A stretch of 64,000 bases of DNA from Abditibacterium sp. (GTDB lineage Bacteria; Armatimonadota; Abditibacteriia; Abditibacteriales; Abditibacteriaceae): positions 3,296,001-3,360,000 of the forward strand of contig CBDASK010000003.1 in NCBI GenBank assembly GCA_965199495.1, written 5' to 3'. Under the pieces are notes generated by a model. It had not been told where the DNA came from. It saw only the letters and a list, made by a program, of their open reading frames with translations, and ran no database searches. Of this stretch, positions 39,241 to 48,550 are shown piece after piece; the stretch's first letter is position 1, and the number at the start of each line of letters is the position of its first letter. Position numbers and translations under genes: made by a program.

Positions 39241-41136
39241 CTAACTCGTTTTTGCGAACGGTTTGCGTGCGATGATGCCTTTGTCCTGCGCGATAGTGAT
39301 GTTTTGACCGGTTGCTATATCGGTAAATTCGGTTTTGCTGCCATCAGGCCAAATGACTCTAAATTTTTTTACGCTTGTCGCGGCGCCCGTGCCGATGGTG
39401 ATGGGCAACTCGCTTTGCGAAAGATAGCTGGAGCCGGAACGCACGTCGCGCCGCACGATTTCTTTGCCGATTAGGGCATCGATGTGCGCGCCGATAGCAT
39501 CGGTATTGGGCGCTTTGGCGCGCAAAGTCACGCGAAGAGAATGGTTGGAAGTGCCATCGTTATGATAAAGTCGCGGCAATCCGTCGTTGGTGGTAAAGAG
39601 CAAATCGGGGTTGCCGTCGCCGTCGAAATCGAGGGTTGCCAGACCGCGCGCCACCAGTTTTTCTGACAGACCGGCGGCTTCGCCAACTTCGCGAAAGATC
39701 GGTTTTTGGCCGGGCGCGCGCGTGTCATTCAGATAAAACAGCGGGCGCTGTTTGTAATAGACGCCCCGCAAATAGTTATGAACTGTCGGATCGACATGGC
39801 CGTTGGCTGTAATTAAATCGGGCCAACCATCGTTATTGAGATCGGTAAAGAGCAAACCAAAAGTCAGGAATGTGATCGAAGAATCTGTCAGTCCAACCGG
39901 ATCGGCGACATCTCTAAAGGCGCCGTGCGAACTTTGCCAGAAACCCAGACCTTCGGCGTTGAAATGGCCGACGGCGATGCTGTCATCGCCCGAATGGTCT
40001 ATATCGGCGTCGTCTATGCCCATGCCGCCGCGCGGCTTGTTCTCTGGCCCCATCGCCAAGCCCGTTTTGGCGGCCTCTTCGGTAAAGGTGCCGTTCTTCT
40101 GGTTGACGAAAAAAAAGTTGGGCCGCAAATCGTTGGCGACCATCAAATCGGGCCAGCCATCTTTGTTTGGATCGCACACGATGACGCCCAAGCCCGCGCC
40201 TTCAATCGGAGTATTTGCGCCCAAGCGCCGCGAAATGCCCGCTTTGGCCGAAACGTTCTCGAAGCGCCCGTTGCCCTGATTATGAAACAATAAACTGGTC
40301 TGGCTGGGATAGTCTTTGGGCCACCCATACGATTTAATCCGCCGGTCAAGCGAGCGAAACACGTCGGTGGCGGGCGTATATTTGGCGTAGCGACAGACGA
40401 ACAAATCGAGTTTGCCGTCGTGATCGTAATCGAAAAACGCGGCGCTGGTGTTCCAACCCGCGTCGGTCACGCCCGATTGTTGGCTGACGTTACTAAATTT
40501 GGGTTTGCCATCTTTGCCGGTTTCATTATGAAACAGAAAAAGCTGACCATAAGCCGTCACGCACAAATCGGTGCGCCCATCGCCATCGTAATCCGCCGCC
40601 GCCGCGCCCATGCCCTGCATAGAGATTTGCAAACCCGACCCCGCGCTGACATCGGTAAAAGTGCCGTCGCCATTGTTACGATAAAGCGCATTAAGCGCAC
40701 GCGGTGGCTGCTTGGAAGGCAAAGACGCGCGTTGGGCCGTTTTCGGGTCGCTCTTGCTTAAATCTTGACGCACCTCTTTCTCAAATTCCCCCGTTGGCGA
40801 CTGGCGATAGGATTGCGCTTCGGCGGGCGTCCACGAACGTCCGTTGACCAGAAAAATATCGGGCAAACCGTCGCCGTTGTAATCGAAAACCGCGCAACCG
40901 CTACCCATCGTTTCGGGCAATAGCGCCGCGCCAAACGCGCCGTTAAAGTGAGCTGTTTTTAGTCCACTGCGCTTCGTTACGTCGGTGAATTTCACCATCT
41001 CAGAGGTCACTTCTGTCTCTTGTCCCGCCGGGGAAACCGAATTCACCGACGCCACATTTTGCGCGGAATCCTGCGACGCGCAACCACAAGCCGCGAGCGC
41101 GAAAAGGGCGCCCGTCAACGAAAGATACTTTTTCAT
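39241..41136 (-). CDS. CRTAC1-like FG-GAP/ASPIC-UnbV lipoprotein
   Basis: Start reassigned to ATG 41136 (MKKYLSLTGALFALAAC lipobox), overlapping the upstream stop; DYNGDGLPD-type repeats; C-terminal SGSSYLSQS..GTG..WPDG. Confidence 0.88.
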   Translation of the reverse strand: MKKYLSLTGALFALAACGCASQDSAQNVASVNSVSPAGQETEVTSEMVKFTDVTKRSGLKTAHFNGAFGAALLPETMGSGCAVFDYNGDGLPDIFLVNGRSWTPAEAQSYRQSPTGEFEKEVRQDLSKSDPKTAQRASLPSKQPPRALNALYRNNGDGTFTDVSAGSGLQISMQGMGAAAADYDGDGRTDLCVTAYGQLFLFHNETGKDGKPKFSNVSQQSGVTDAGWNTSAAFFDYDHDGKLDLFVCRYAKYTPATDVFRSLDRRIKSYGWPKDYPSQTSLLFHNQGNGRFENVSAKAGISRRLGANTPIEGAGLGVIVCDPNKDGWPDLMVANDLRPNFFFVNQKNGTFTEEAAKTGLAMGPENKPRGGMGIDDADIDHSGDDSIAVGHFNAEGLGFWQSSHGAFRDVADPVGLTDSSITFLTFGLLFTDLNNDGWPDLITANGHVDPTVHNYLRGVYYKQRPLFYLNDTRAPGQKPIFREVGEAAGLSEKLVARGLATLDFDGDGNPDLLFTTNDGLPRLYHNDGTSNHSLRVTLRAKAPNTDAIGAHIDALIGKEIVRRDVRSGSSYLSQSELPITIGTGAATSVKKFRVIWPDGSKTEFTDIATGQNITIAQDKGIIARKPFAKTS

Positions 41137-42071
41137 ACCGTTTTTACTTCGCTCGCCATCGCCGCTGTTGTGGGCGTCGCACTCTCCGAATTGGGCGCCG
41201 TTATTTCGCTTGATTTTGCCTTGCGCTCGCTCCACCAGATGTCGGCCAGAACCGCGATTGGCCCGACGATGAACAAGGCATAATAAGGCGCGTGGATGTT
41301 TTGGTTCAAACGCAAAACCATTTCCATCGCGGCCACGCACAGCGCCACGAACATTTGCGCTTTCTTGCCCTTTACGGTCGTCTTCGGGTCGGTGATCATA
41401 AAGAAAATGAACAACTGATACATCGGCCCGGTGATGGGCGCGACTTCCGATTGGAACGAGTGTCCGGTGATTTGGCTGCGAATCGCCGCGAACGCGATGA
41501 ACGCCAACACATAGGTCGCGCAGATGTGAAACCGTTTCAAACGCCAGACGATAACGCTGCCCAACGCCCAAATCGCCAGCATCGCCCACAGGCGATTATC
41601 CCATTGCACCGATAGCGTTGAGACCGCCCACGGCGCCAACAGCAGGATGATGGCGATGGCAAAGTTCGACGGATTCCAGATGTGGCGACCTTTGACGCGA
41701 ATCACATATTTGGAGGAGATGGCGATGGCCGCGCACAAAGCGTAGGGCCAAAATTCGGGCGAGCGCACCAAAATTCCCACGCTAATGCCCGAAATATACG
41801 CGCTCGCCAGATGTGGCCACTGGCCGCGCGTGAGGCGACTGAGAAATATCTCGGTCGCCATCGAAACCGCGATGGCGAGCAACGTTTGCGGATAAGATTC
41901 CAACACGCCGAACTGCAACTGCGCGCCCAGCAAAATGCAGGTAATCAGCACGGGCGCGACATAACGCTCGTCAATTTTAAAACGACGCGGCGCATTTTTG
42001 GGCGCGATAACATCGGGCGCACTCGCGGAAGCAGCCACGTCGCTCGCGTCGGCCAAAAAAGAAGATTGCAT
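41133..42071 (-). CDS. RnfD/NqrB-like (UnbU-like) membrane protein
   Basis: Multi-TM protein; SKYVIRVKGRHIWNPSNFAI and FFMITDPKTT motifs. Confidence 0.75.
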   Translation of the reverse strand: MQSSFLADASDVAASASAPDVIAPKNAPRRFKIDERYVAPVLITCILLGAQLQFGVLESYPQTLLAIAVSMATEIFLSRLTRGQWPHLASAYISGISVGILVRSPEFWPYALCAAIAISSKYVIRVKGRHIWNPSNFAIAIILLLAPWAVSTLSVQWDNRLWAMLAIWALGSVIVWRLKRFHICATYVLAFIAFAAIRSQITGHSFQSEVAPITGPMYQLFIFFMITDPKTTVKGKKAQMFVALCVAAMEMVLRLNQNIHAPYYALFIVGPIAVLADIWWSERKAKSSEITAPNSESATPTTAAMASEVKTV

Positions 42072-42129
42072 AGTTATAGTGTGTCCAAAAAACGATTGAT
42101 TTAAACCGATTAAATTTTCTTGTTTAAAG

Positions 42130-42285
42130 TAGGAGTTACGCAGTTCGTAGGCTAAAGCCTACGGCAGATGGCTGGCGCCGAACGTGCTTCGCACTTATTT
42201 CCAGTGCGAAGCACGTTCGGCGCCAGCCATCTGCCGTAGCTTTTAAGCTACGAAAATAGATTTCAACCCAACTGCGTAACTCCTA
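42130..42285. mobile_element. MITE-like element with terminal IRs and a nested palindrome
   Basis: 16-bp TIR TAGGAGTTACGCAGTT / AACTGCGTAACTCCTA; internal perfect 37-bp IR 42159-42195 / 42203-42239; no ORF. Confidence 0.7.
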
Positions 42286-42303
42286 TAAAGAAAGGAAAGC
42301 TGA

Positions 42304-44100
42304 TCATGCTTCTTTAAATGCGTTAATCTCGCCCATCTTCAACGCCGTCACCGTCTGCTTTTGGCCCGATGGCCAGCGAATTTCGGCCTTTTCCAGTTTG
42401 GCATCGGCGCCCAATCCGAAGTGCAAACGCCGCGAGTTTTGCGCGCAGAAACCGCTGCCGCCGCTAATCTCTTGCAACTGCTGTTGCTCACCTTTGGCGT
42501 TTTTCCAAAACAGCGTGACCTGCGCGCCAATCGCGCTGCGATTGCTTTTTGTGCCTTCGAGCGATAACTCGATCCAATGGCGGTCGGGCGCGACTTGGTT
42601 GCGATAGAACTGCAAAGGCCCGCGCTGGTTGGCCTCCAGAATATCGAGCGCGCCATCGTTTTTGAAGTCGGCCAAAGCGACTGAGCGTCCATCCAAACGG
42701 TCGGTGGCTCCGACGGCCTGCGCGACTTCGGTGAAGTGACTGGCGCCATCGTTCATCCACAGATGCTTGGCCTGATTGCCCGATAAACTGCGGCCCGTCA
42801 TCGGCGGCCAGTTGCTCGCATCGGAAATGATCGAACTGTTGCCACCCGCGATTTTGGAATAGTCATACCAATAGCTGCCTTCTTTTTTACCCGATACATA
42901 GCCGTTAGTTAAAAATATATCGAGATTGCCGTCGTTGTCGAAATCGCCGAACTGCGCTCCGAAACTCCAACCGCCCAATTCTACGCCCATCTCGCTCGCC
43001 AAATTCGCGTATTTAATGTTGTCGCCCTTGGTGCCCGGTTGCGGAACCCACAGGTTATTGCCCTGTAACAAAACGCCCTCTTCGGAGATATTGGAAACGT
43101 AAACCGCGAATTGCCCGGTGTTCAACACATCGCCAAAGGCGGCGTTCATGCCGCTTTTGGGCGCGTAGCCGACGCCGGTTTGCTTCCCGATTTCGACGAA
43201 CTTTTTGCCCTCTTGGTTGGCCCACAATTCGGCGACGCCGTAATCGTTGGCGATGAACAAATCGGGATAGCCGGTGCCGCGCAAATCGGCGGCGGCGGCG
43301 GCCAACGACCAGCGCCGGCTTTTCAGCCCCATCGCGTCCGTCACGTCTTCAAAGGTGCCGTCGCCACGCCCGCGCAACAGATATTTGCGCCCGCCGTTTT
43401 GCGCGTATTCAAACGAATCCGGCATCATTTTGGTGTTCTTCAAATTCCATAAATCCACGTTTTCGGGATAATAACCGCCGATAAACAAATCTAATTTGCC
43501 ATCGCGATTATAGTCGAGCCAAATCGCGTTATTGGCATTGACCCAATCAGGCAATCCCGTATTTTTAACTTCGCTAAAACCTTTGCCCGCATCGTTATGA
43601 AACAATAGCGGGCGGCCCCATTTATAAACCAGCAAATCTTCGTAGCCATCGTTATCGTAATCGCCCCACACCGCGCCCATGCAGGCGCCGTGGCCTTTGT
43701 TGAGATCGGCCACGCCCATTTTTGCCGCGACATCGGTGAAGTTTCCGTCACCGTTGTTTTGATACAAATGATTGAGCGAATTTGGGCCGGAGTTGGTGAT
43801 ATAAAAATCGTCGAAGCCGTCGCGGTTGAAGTCGCCAATCGCTACGCCCGCGCCCATTGAGGCGACCTGGGGCATGATGTGATCTAATTTCGCGTCCAAC
43901 TTGGGCGCCTCATGCACGAACGAAATGCCCGCCGCTTTGGACGATTCCTGCAAGGCGAAGCCGTAACGTTTGAGCGCCTGATTGGACGATTCGGGCGCGT
44001 CGCCATTTTTCTGGCGCGCGTTTTTGATGGCGAACGGAATACCCAATAGCGCCACGAAAAAAACGATGGCGACGATTTGAGGAAGCTTTTGACGATTCAT
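42304..44100 (-). CDS. CRTAC1/UnbV-like FG-GAP protein
   Basis: N-terminal TM or signal; DFNRDGFDD, DYDNDGYED and DFDNDGNLD repeats; ASPIC/UnbV tail SNRSAIGA..GGSGFCAQN..LHFGLG..WPSG. Confidence 0.9.
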   Translation of the reverse strand: MNRQKLPQIVAIVFFVALLGIPFAIKNARQKNGDAPESSNQALKRYGFALQESSKAAGISFVHEAPKLDAKLDHIMPQVASMGAGVAIGDFNRDGFDDFYITNSGPNSLNHLYQNNGDGNFTDVAAKMGVADLNKGHGACMGAVWGDYDNDGYEDLLVYKWGRPLLFHNDAGKGFSEVKNTGLPDWVNANNAIWLDYNRDGKLDLFIGGYYPENVDLWNLKNTKMMPDSFEYAQNGGRKYLLRGRGDGTFEDVTDAMGLKSRRWSLAAAAADLRGTGYPDLFIANDYGVAELWANQEGKKFVEIGKQTGVGYAPKSGMNAAFGDVLNTGQFAVYVSNISEEGVLLQGNNLWVPQPGTKGDNIKYANLASEMGVELGGWSFGAQFGDFDNDGNLDIFLTNGYVSGKKEGSYWYDYSKIAGGNSSIISDASNWPPMTGRSLSGNQAKHLWMNDGASHFTEVAQAVGATDRLDGRSVALADFKNDGALDILEANQRGPLQFYRNQVAPDRHWIELSLEGTKSNRSAIGAQVTLFWKNAKGEQQQLQEISGGSGFCAQNSRRLHFGLGADAKLEKAEIRWPSGQKQTVTALKMGEINAFKEA

Positions 44101-44156
44101 TTCTTGGTTTTGATTTAATCTGCGGTGATAATGACGTTTTGGCTCTTAACCCAAGG

Positions 44157-44392
44157 CAAGGTCAAAGGCATTAAGTTAAGTCAACGGAAATTTATAAGTC
44201 ACACCCCCTCTGCTTTCGGCATTTCCCCCTCCGAGAGGGGAAGAATGTCTCAGTTACCTTGCGGCGCTCGTAAAGTTAGACACGTTCATCCTTGTCCGAG
44301 GCATTCTTCCCCTCTCGGAGGGGGAAATGCCGAAAGCAGAGGGGGTGTGACTTATAAATTTCCGTTGACTTAACTTAATGCCTTTGACCTTG
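44157..44392. repeat. long palindrome, same family as 20483-20784
   Basis: 91-bp perfect IR 44157-44247 / 44302-44392 sharing CACACCCCCTCTGC and CCCCCTCCGAGAGGGGAAGAATG. Confidence 0.92.
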
Positions 44393-44442
44393 GTGGGATG
44401 AGGGAAAAATGCGAATTCACTTCAACCCAAATCACCACAACT

Positions 44443-47400
44443 CTACTCCAATCCCACGCGCATCGCGCTGCGAAACTGCTTTGTGCCGACCCAACGCGTG
44501 TGATATTTCGTCCAATCCTGCGGGTTGCGACGGTAAACCGGATCGTCTTGCAGACGGCCCGGCGGCGCATCGGTTTGTGGCAAATCGTGCGCGGGCAGGG
44601 GCAACAAAGTCGTGGAAAAAGTAGTGTTCATGTTGCCGTCTTTGGTCCAACCATCGGTAATGAACACCGTATCGCGCACAGAGTTCGCCGTCGAAAGCGC
44701 GGGCGCGTCGAATTGCAAAGTTATCTCATCGCCCGCGTTCATAATAACGTAATGGTCGTCGGTTCGCTCCAATAGCGGCTTGACATCGCCGAATCGAGTG
44801 TAGAATCCGACCAAATCGCGCCAGCGTTGGCCGGTGCCGTTGGGGACGTAACTGAGCGGCAATTCGGGCGACGCCGGGTTTTTGGCGGCGATTTCCGAAA
44901 AGCCACGATAATGCAAATCGGCCCGGCTTGGCATGAGTTTGTGCTGGACGATTTTGGCGTCGGAGCGGTCAACCGCCCAACTGATTTTGTCCCAGTAAAT
45001 TTCCAGGTTCGTCCGCAAACGCAGACGGCGTGGCGCGCCCGGCACGAACGCATTTTGCAGCGGAATCGTCATCGTTTTGAACTTGCCCGACGGGAAGCCC
45101 ATGTGCGGCTGCACCACTTTCCAGCCACCGCGCCCATCGGCGACTTCGAGCGCCAAATCGCGCGGCAAATTGCCGCCGTTTTGCGCCAACGCCACGTTGA
45201 TCGAAGAATCAGTCGGATGCAGCCAACCCTGCGCCAGCAACCACAACGGTTTATCGAGCGGCGCATTTTGGGGCAATTCGATTTCGAGCCAATGATCCGC
45301 CGTCACGCCTTGATATTGCGCGCGCCCACAATCGAGATAATCTTCGTCAAGCGCGGCAACTTTTGCCAAAACGTCGCGGCCCTTCTCGTCACGCGCGCTT
45401 TTAATCGGTTGCTCCGCCCCGGTCACCACGACTTTGAGCGGCGGCATCGGAATCGAAAAGCGCTCGTCCACCCAGACTCGCGTGTCGGCGGGATGATCAA
45501 CCGTCATCAATTTGATGTTGTCGAAATAGTGCGCTTCCCACAAATCGGCGGTCACGCGCAGGTCGTATTTGCCAGCGCGCGCTTGCAATTGATCGCCGCG
45601 CAGATGCGCCCAATCCTCGGTTTGCACCACGCCCGCCGTGTCCTGCGAGTTGATTTTGAGGCCCAAGGGCGAACGCCAATTGACATCTTTGACGAAGGCA
45701 AATTTCGTCCCATCCCACGCCCACAAATAAGGGCAAGAACCCGTCAACCGTTGAAGCGCGACGATGTCTTTGCCCGAACACAACGCGAATTCGGCCTGAC
45801 TATCGCCGTTGGGCCACAAAATCCGCAGCGCGTCGGCGCATTTCTTTTCGCCGATGCCAAAATGTGCGATGGGCCTGTCGAGCGGTTGCCGCGCGTATTG
45901 CAAAACCGCGCGCAGTTCCATCGAGCCGCCGATGCCGTAAGAGTTGATGCGCCCGTCGCCCGTCGTCTGCTTGGAGTGCGCGCGGATGTCGAGCCAGCCA
46001 TATTTGAGCGGCCCGCCGCCCATCATCTGCGCCGCCGCGCCGCGCCCGTCGGTGCCGATTAAATCGAGGCGCCCATCGTTGTTGAGGTCAGCGACATCGA
46101 ACGTCGCGAAATTGAGCGGCGCGCCCAGCGCAGTAAATTTGCCGCCGCCATTCAGCCAAATTTGCGTGCCGACGCCATTGGACGCCACGATGTCGAACTC
46201 GCCGTTATTGTCTAAATCGGCGATTAGCAATCGCGACGGCTTGTCCTTCCCAAACCCGGCATATTTGCCTTCTTCGATGGTCGTCCATTTCGTGCCATTC
46301 AAATCGGATAATTTAACGAGGTCGCCGTTATCTTTGAGGACGAGCAAATCGAAATTGCCATCGTTATCCAAATCGCCGACGGCAATGGCGGCGACCGCGC
46401 CCAAGTCTTTGGGTATAGGGCGCTCGCTGAACTTGCCCGAACGATCATTGTTCATCACATGAAGCGTGCCCGCGTCGTCTATAATTGCGGCGTCGTTGTC
46501 GCCGTCGTTATCTAAGTCGGCCCATGCCCAAGCGCGCACGCCCTTCACCGCAGCGAAAATCGGCAGCGCGCTGAACGTGTTATTGCCGTTGTTGCGCAGT
46601 TCGAGCGGACTTTGTCCCGCGCGCCCCAGCACGATATCCAAATCGCCATCGGCTTCGATGTCGGCGACGTAAGCGCCCGTATAATTGCCGCCCAAAACGT
46701 CGGGCTTGAGATTGGTTTTGGCCGTCGCATCGTTAAAACTCGCGCCCTGCGCCTGATAAAATTTGACGCCTTTGGCGCCCGCCAAAACCAAATCGGATTG
46801 GAAATCGGAATTCCAATCAATCGGCGCCATCGTCGCCGCGCCCGCAGCAGCCACGGCGCCGCCGGGAAACGAAAATTTGGCTTTGCTTCCGACCAGAGTC
46901 ACGATTTTTCCATCGTTATAAAGCGTTTGGGCGGGCGCTTTGTCCGAGGCGTAAAAGGCACGCGCCGCGCCATAAGTGCTGGGCGCTATCTTCACGGTTT
47001 GCGCGGTAAAAGTGCTTTTCAAGTCGGGCGGCGGCGCCGTGGCTTCGAGCGGCGCGAGCGCGACGAATTGGGTCAACGGCGCGCCCGGTGCGCTGGCGCC
47101 ACCCGACGAGATTTTGGCCAAATCGTCCTGGAAAGTTGGCAACGGCTTGAGCAGATTATTCAGAAAAACAATCGGCGTCGTCGCCGCGCGCGGTGTCGCG
47201 GCGGCAGCTTGCAACTCTTTCAATTGCGCGCGCGCCTCGTCGTTCCACGCGTCCGAACGCTTTTGCAGAGCGGCGATGGCGGCTTTTAAAGCGGGCGCGT
47301 CGCCGCGCTTGGCGGCCAAACGCGCCGCTTCCAACTGCGCGGCCTGATTGTCGGGTTGCGCCTTGAGAATCGCCTCGATCTGTTCGAGCGCCTTGGCATC

Positions 47401-47910
47401 GGCGCCCGCCGCGCCGCTCTGGCTATAAGCGCCAAAAAGCGCGTAGCGCGCGCGCAGATCGCTGGGGTCGAGTTCAATGGCGCGCTCGTAATGCTTGATG
47501 GCCGCGTCAAAGTCGCCGGTTTGTTGTTTCAACAAACCAAGTAGCGCTTCGATTTGCGCGTTATTCGGCGCCAGTTCGCGCGCCTTCTCGAAATTTTTGG
47601 CGGCTTCGTCGAGCTTGTTGGAGCGCAACTGCAACACGCCCAGATCGGCCCAGCCCGCCGGTTCGAGCGGCACGATGGTCGTCGCCAATGTCAACTGCTT
47701 CAAGGCGCGCTCATCGTCGCTGTTTTGCAGGGCGAGCAAACCGATATTGAACGCCGTCGCCATTTTTTGATAGTCGCTCGAATCAGGGCCGGGCAAAGAG
47801 GTCTGGCGCCGTACGAAAATCCAGCCGAGCGCTCCAATAACGCCGACGACAACGGCAGAGGGAATAACGCGGCGCATAAAAAATTGAGCGCGGGGATGAG
47901 AAGAAGCCAT
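44443..47910 (-). CDS. large TPR + FG-GAP/VCBS + ASPIC-UnbV protein with uncharacterised C-terminal domain
   Basis: N-terminal TM, TPR helices, DxDxDG repeats, HFGIG..WPNG, then a GSCPYLWAWDG domain of about 430 aa. Confidence 0.88.
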   Translation of the reverse strand: MASSHPRAQFFMRRVIPSAVVVGVIGALGWIFVRRQTSLPGPDSSDYQKMATAFNIGLLALQNSDDERALKQLTLATTIVPLEPAGWADLGVLQLRSNKLDEAAKNFEKARELAPNNAQIEALLGLLKQQTGDFDAAIKHYERAIELDPSDLRARYALFGAYSQSGAAGADAKALEQIEAILKAQPDNQAAQLEAARLAAKRGDAPALKAAIAALQKRSDAWNDEARAQLKELQAAAATPRAATTPIVFLNNLLKPLPTFQDDLAKISSGGASAPGAPLTQFVALAPLEATAPPPDLKSTFTAQTVKIAPSTYGAARAFYASDKAPAQTLYNDGKIVTLVGSKAKFSFPGGAVAAAGAATMAPIDWNSDFQSDLVLAGAKGVKFYQAQGASFNDATAKTNLKPDVLGGNYTGAYVADIEADGDLDIVLGRAGQSPLELRNNGNNTFSALPIFAAVKGVRAWAWADLDNDGDNDAAIIDDAGTLHVMNNDRSGKFSERPIPKDLGAVAAIAVGDLDNDGNFDLLVLKDNGDLVKLSDLNGTKWTTIEEGKYAGFGKDKPSRLLIADLDNNGEFDIVASNGVGTQIWLNGGGKFTALGAPLNFATFDVADLNNDGRLDLIGTDGRGAAAQMMGGGPLKYGWLDIRAHSKQTTGDGRINSYGIGGSMELRAVLQYARQPLDRPIAHFGIGEKKCADALRILWPNGDSQAEFALCSGKDIVALQRLTGSCPYLWAWDGTKFAFVKDVNWRSPLGLKINSQDTAGVVQTEDWAHLRGDQLQARAGKYDLRVTADLWEAHYFDNIKLMTVDHPADTRVWVDERFSIPMPPLKVVVTGAEQPIKSARDEKGRDVLAKVAALDEDYLDCGRAQYQGVTADHWLEIELPQNAPLDKPLWLLAQGWLHPTDSSINVALAQNGGNLPRDLALEVADGRGGWKVVQPHMGFPSGKFKTMTIPLQNAFVPGAPRRLRLRTNLEIYWDKISWAVDRSDAKIVQHKLMPSRADLHYRGFSEIAAKNPASPELPLSYVPNGTGQRWRDLVGFYTRFGDVKPLLERTDDHYVIMNAGDEITLQFDAPALSTANSVRDTVFITDGWTKDGNMNTTFSTTLLPLPAHDLPQTDAPPGRLQDDPVYRRNPQDWTKYHTRWVGTKQFRSAMRVGLE

Positions 47911-47960
47911 GAATCGAGGAGATTTTCAGTTTAAATCAGTCGCGTCAAACGGAAGCATCA

Positions 47961-48001
47961 AACAGAAAACGGCCCCGCTCCAACCTTGGAGCGGGGCCGT
48001 T
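47961..48001 (-). terminator. intrinsic terminator after the DinB-like gene
   Basis: AACGGCCCCGCTCCAA-CC-TTGGAGCGGGGCCGTT with a T-tract on the minus strand. Confidence 0.8.
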
Positions 48002-48015
48002 CGAGCCTGATCTCT

Positions 48016-48486
48016 TTAGTGCGATTCGGTATCGCCGTAAAGCGTTTGGATGTAGTTAATCTGCGCGAACCGCGCGATAAAGGTGCGATAAGCCATCATA
48101 GTCCACGCGCCCAGCGGCATCGTGGTGCCGCCACCCATCGGCATAGTGACGGGCATCGCCAAATCGTCTTCCGACAGCGTGCCGAGCGCGGTATAAAGCG
48201 CTGCCGAGTTAGTGTTCATCGCGGCCAGCGCGTCATCCTTGCTCCAATTGGCGCGCTCAGCTTTCATCTGCGCGAACATCTGCGGCGACGGCTTCATTTC
48301 GCCTTTGGTTTCGATGAGTTTGGTTACCATCTGGCAGGTTTGCGCAGCTTCACTAAAAGCGTCGAGCGCGGTGCGGCCTTTATCCAGTGGCGCCCAATTT
48401 AGCTTATCGTCGGGCACGGCGTTAAAAGTGCGAATCAGGCTTTGCTCGCCCGATTGCATCAGAGAAAGAATCAAATCTTTGGTCAT
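48016..48486 (-). CDS. DinB-like four-helix bundle protein
   Basis: AVPDDKLNWAP...RTA and QINYIQTLYGD; start probably ATG 48486. Confidence 0.65.
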   Translation of the reverse strand: MTKDLILSLMQSGEQSLIRTFNAVPDDKLNWAPLDKGRTALDAFSEAAQTCQMVTKLIETKGEMKPSPQMFAQMKAERANWSKDDALAAMNTNSAALYTALGTLSEDDLAMPVTMPMGGGTTMPLGAWTMMAYRTFIARFAQINYIQTLYGDTESH

Positions 48487-48550
48487 ATCGGGCGAGCTAA
48501 TGGGCAAATGGGTAGCCGCAGCGTCGGTTTGTCACGTTCATTTGCCCGAA

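Noticed and set aside
41137..41589. 151-aa N-terminal extension of ORF 39241-41589
   Set aside because: Overlaps the RnfD-like gene in another frame; the lipoprotein signal starts at 41136. The same applies to extensions of 10152-11975, 30835-32556 and 33648-34958.
41133..42071. Calling the membrane protein a true rnfD or nqrB
   Set aside because: No other rnf or nqr genes nearby and no clear (S/T)GAT flavinylation motif.
44827..46062. Long antisense ORFs (44827-46062, 53501-54406, 55493-56683, 60107-60997, 19522-20361)
   Set aside because: Shadow frames opposite well-supported genes, expected at this codon bias; no recognisable motifs.
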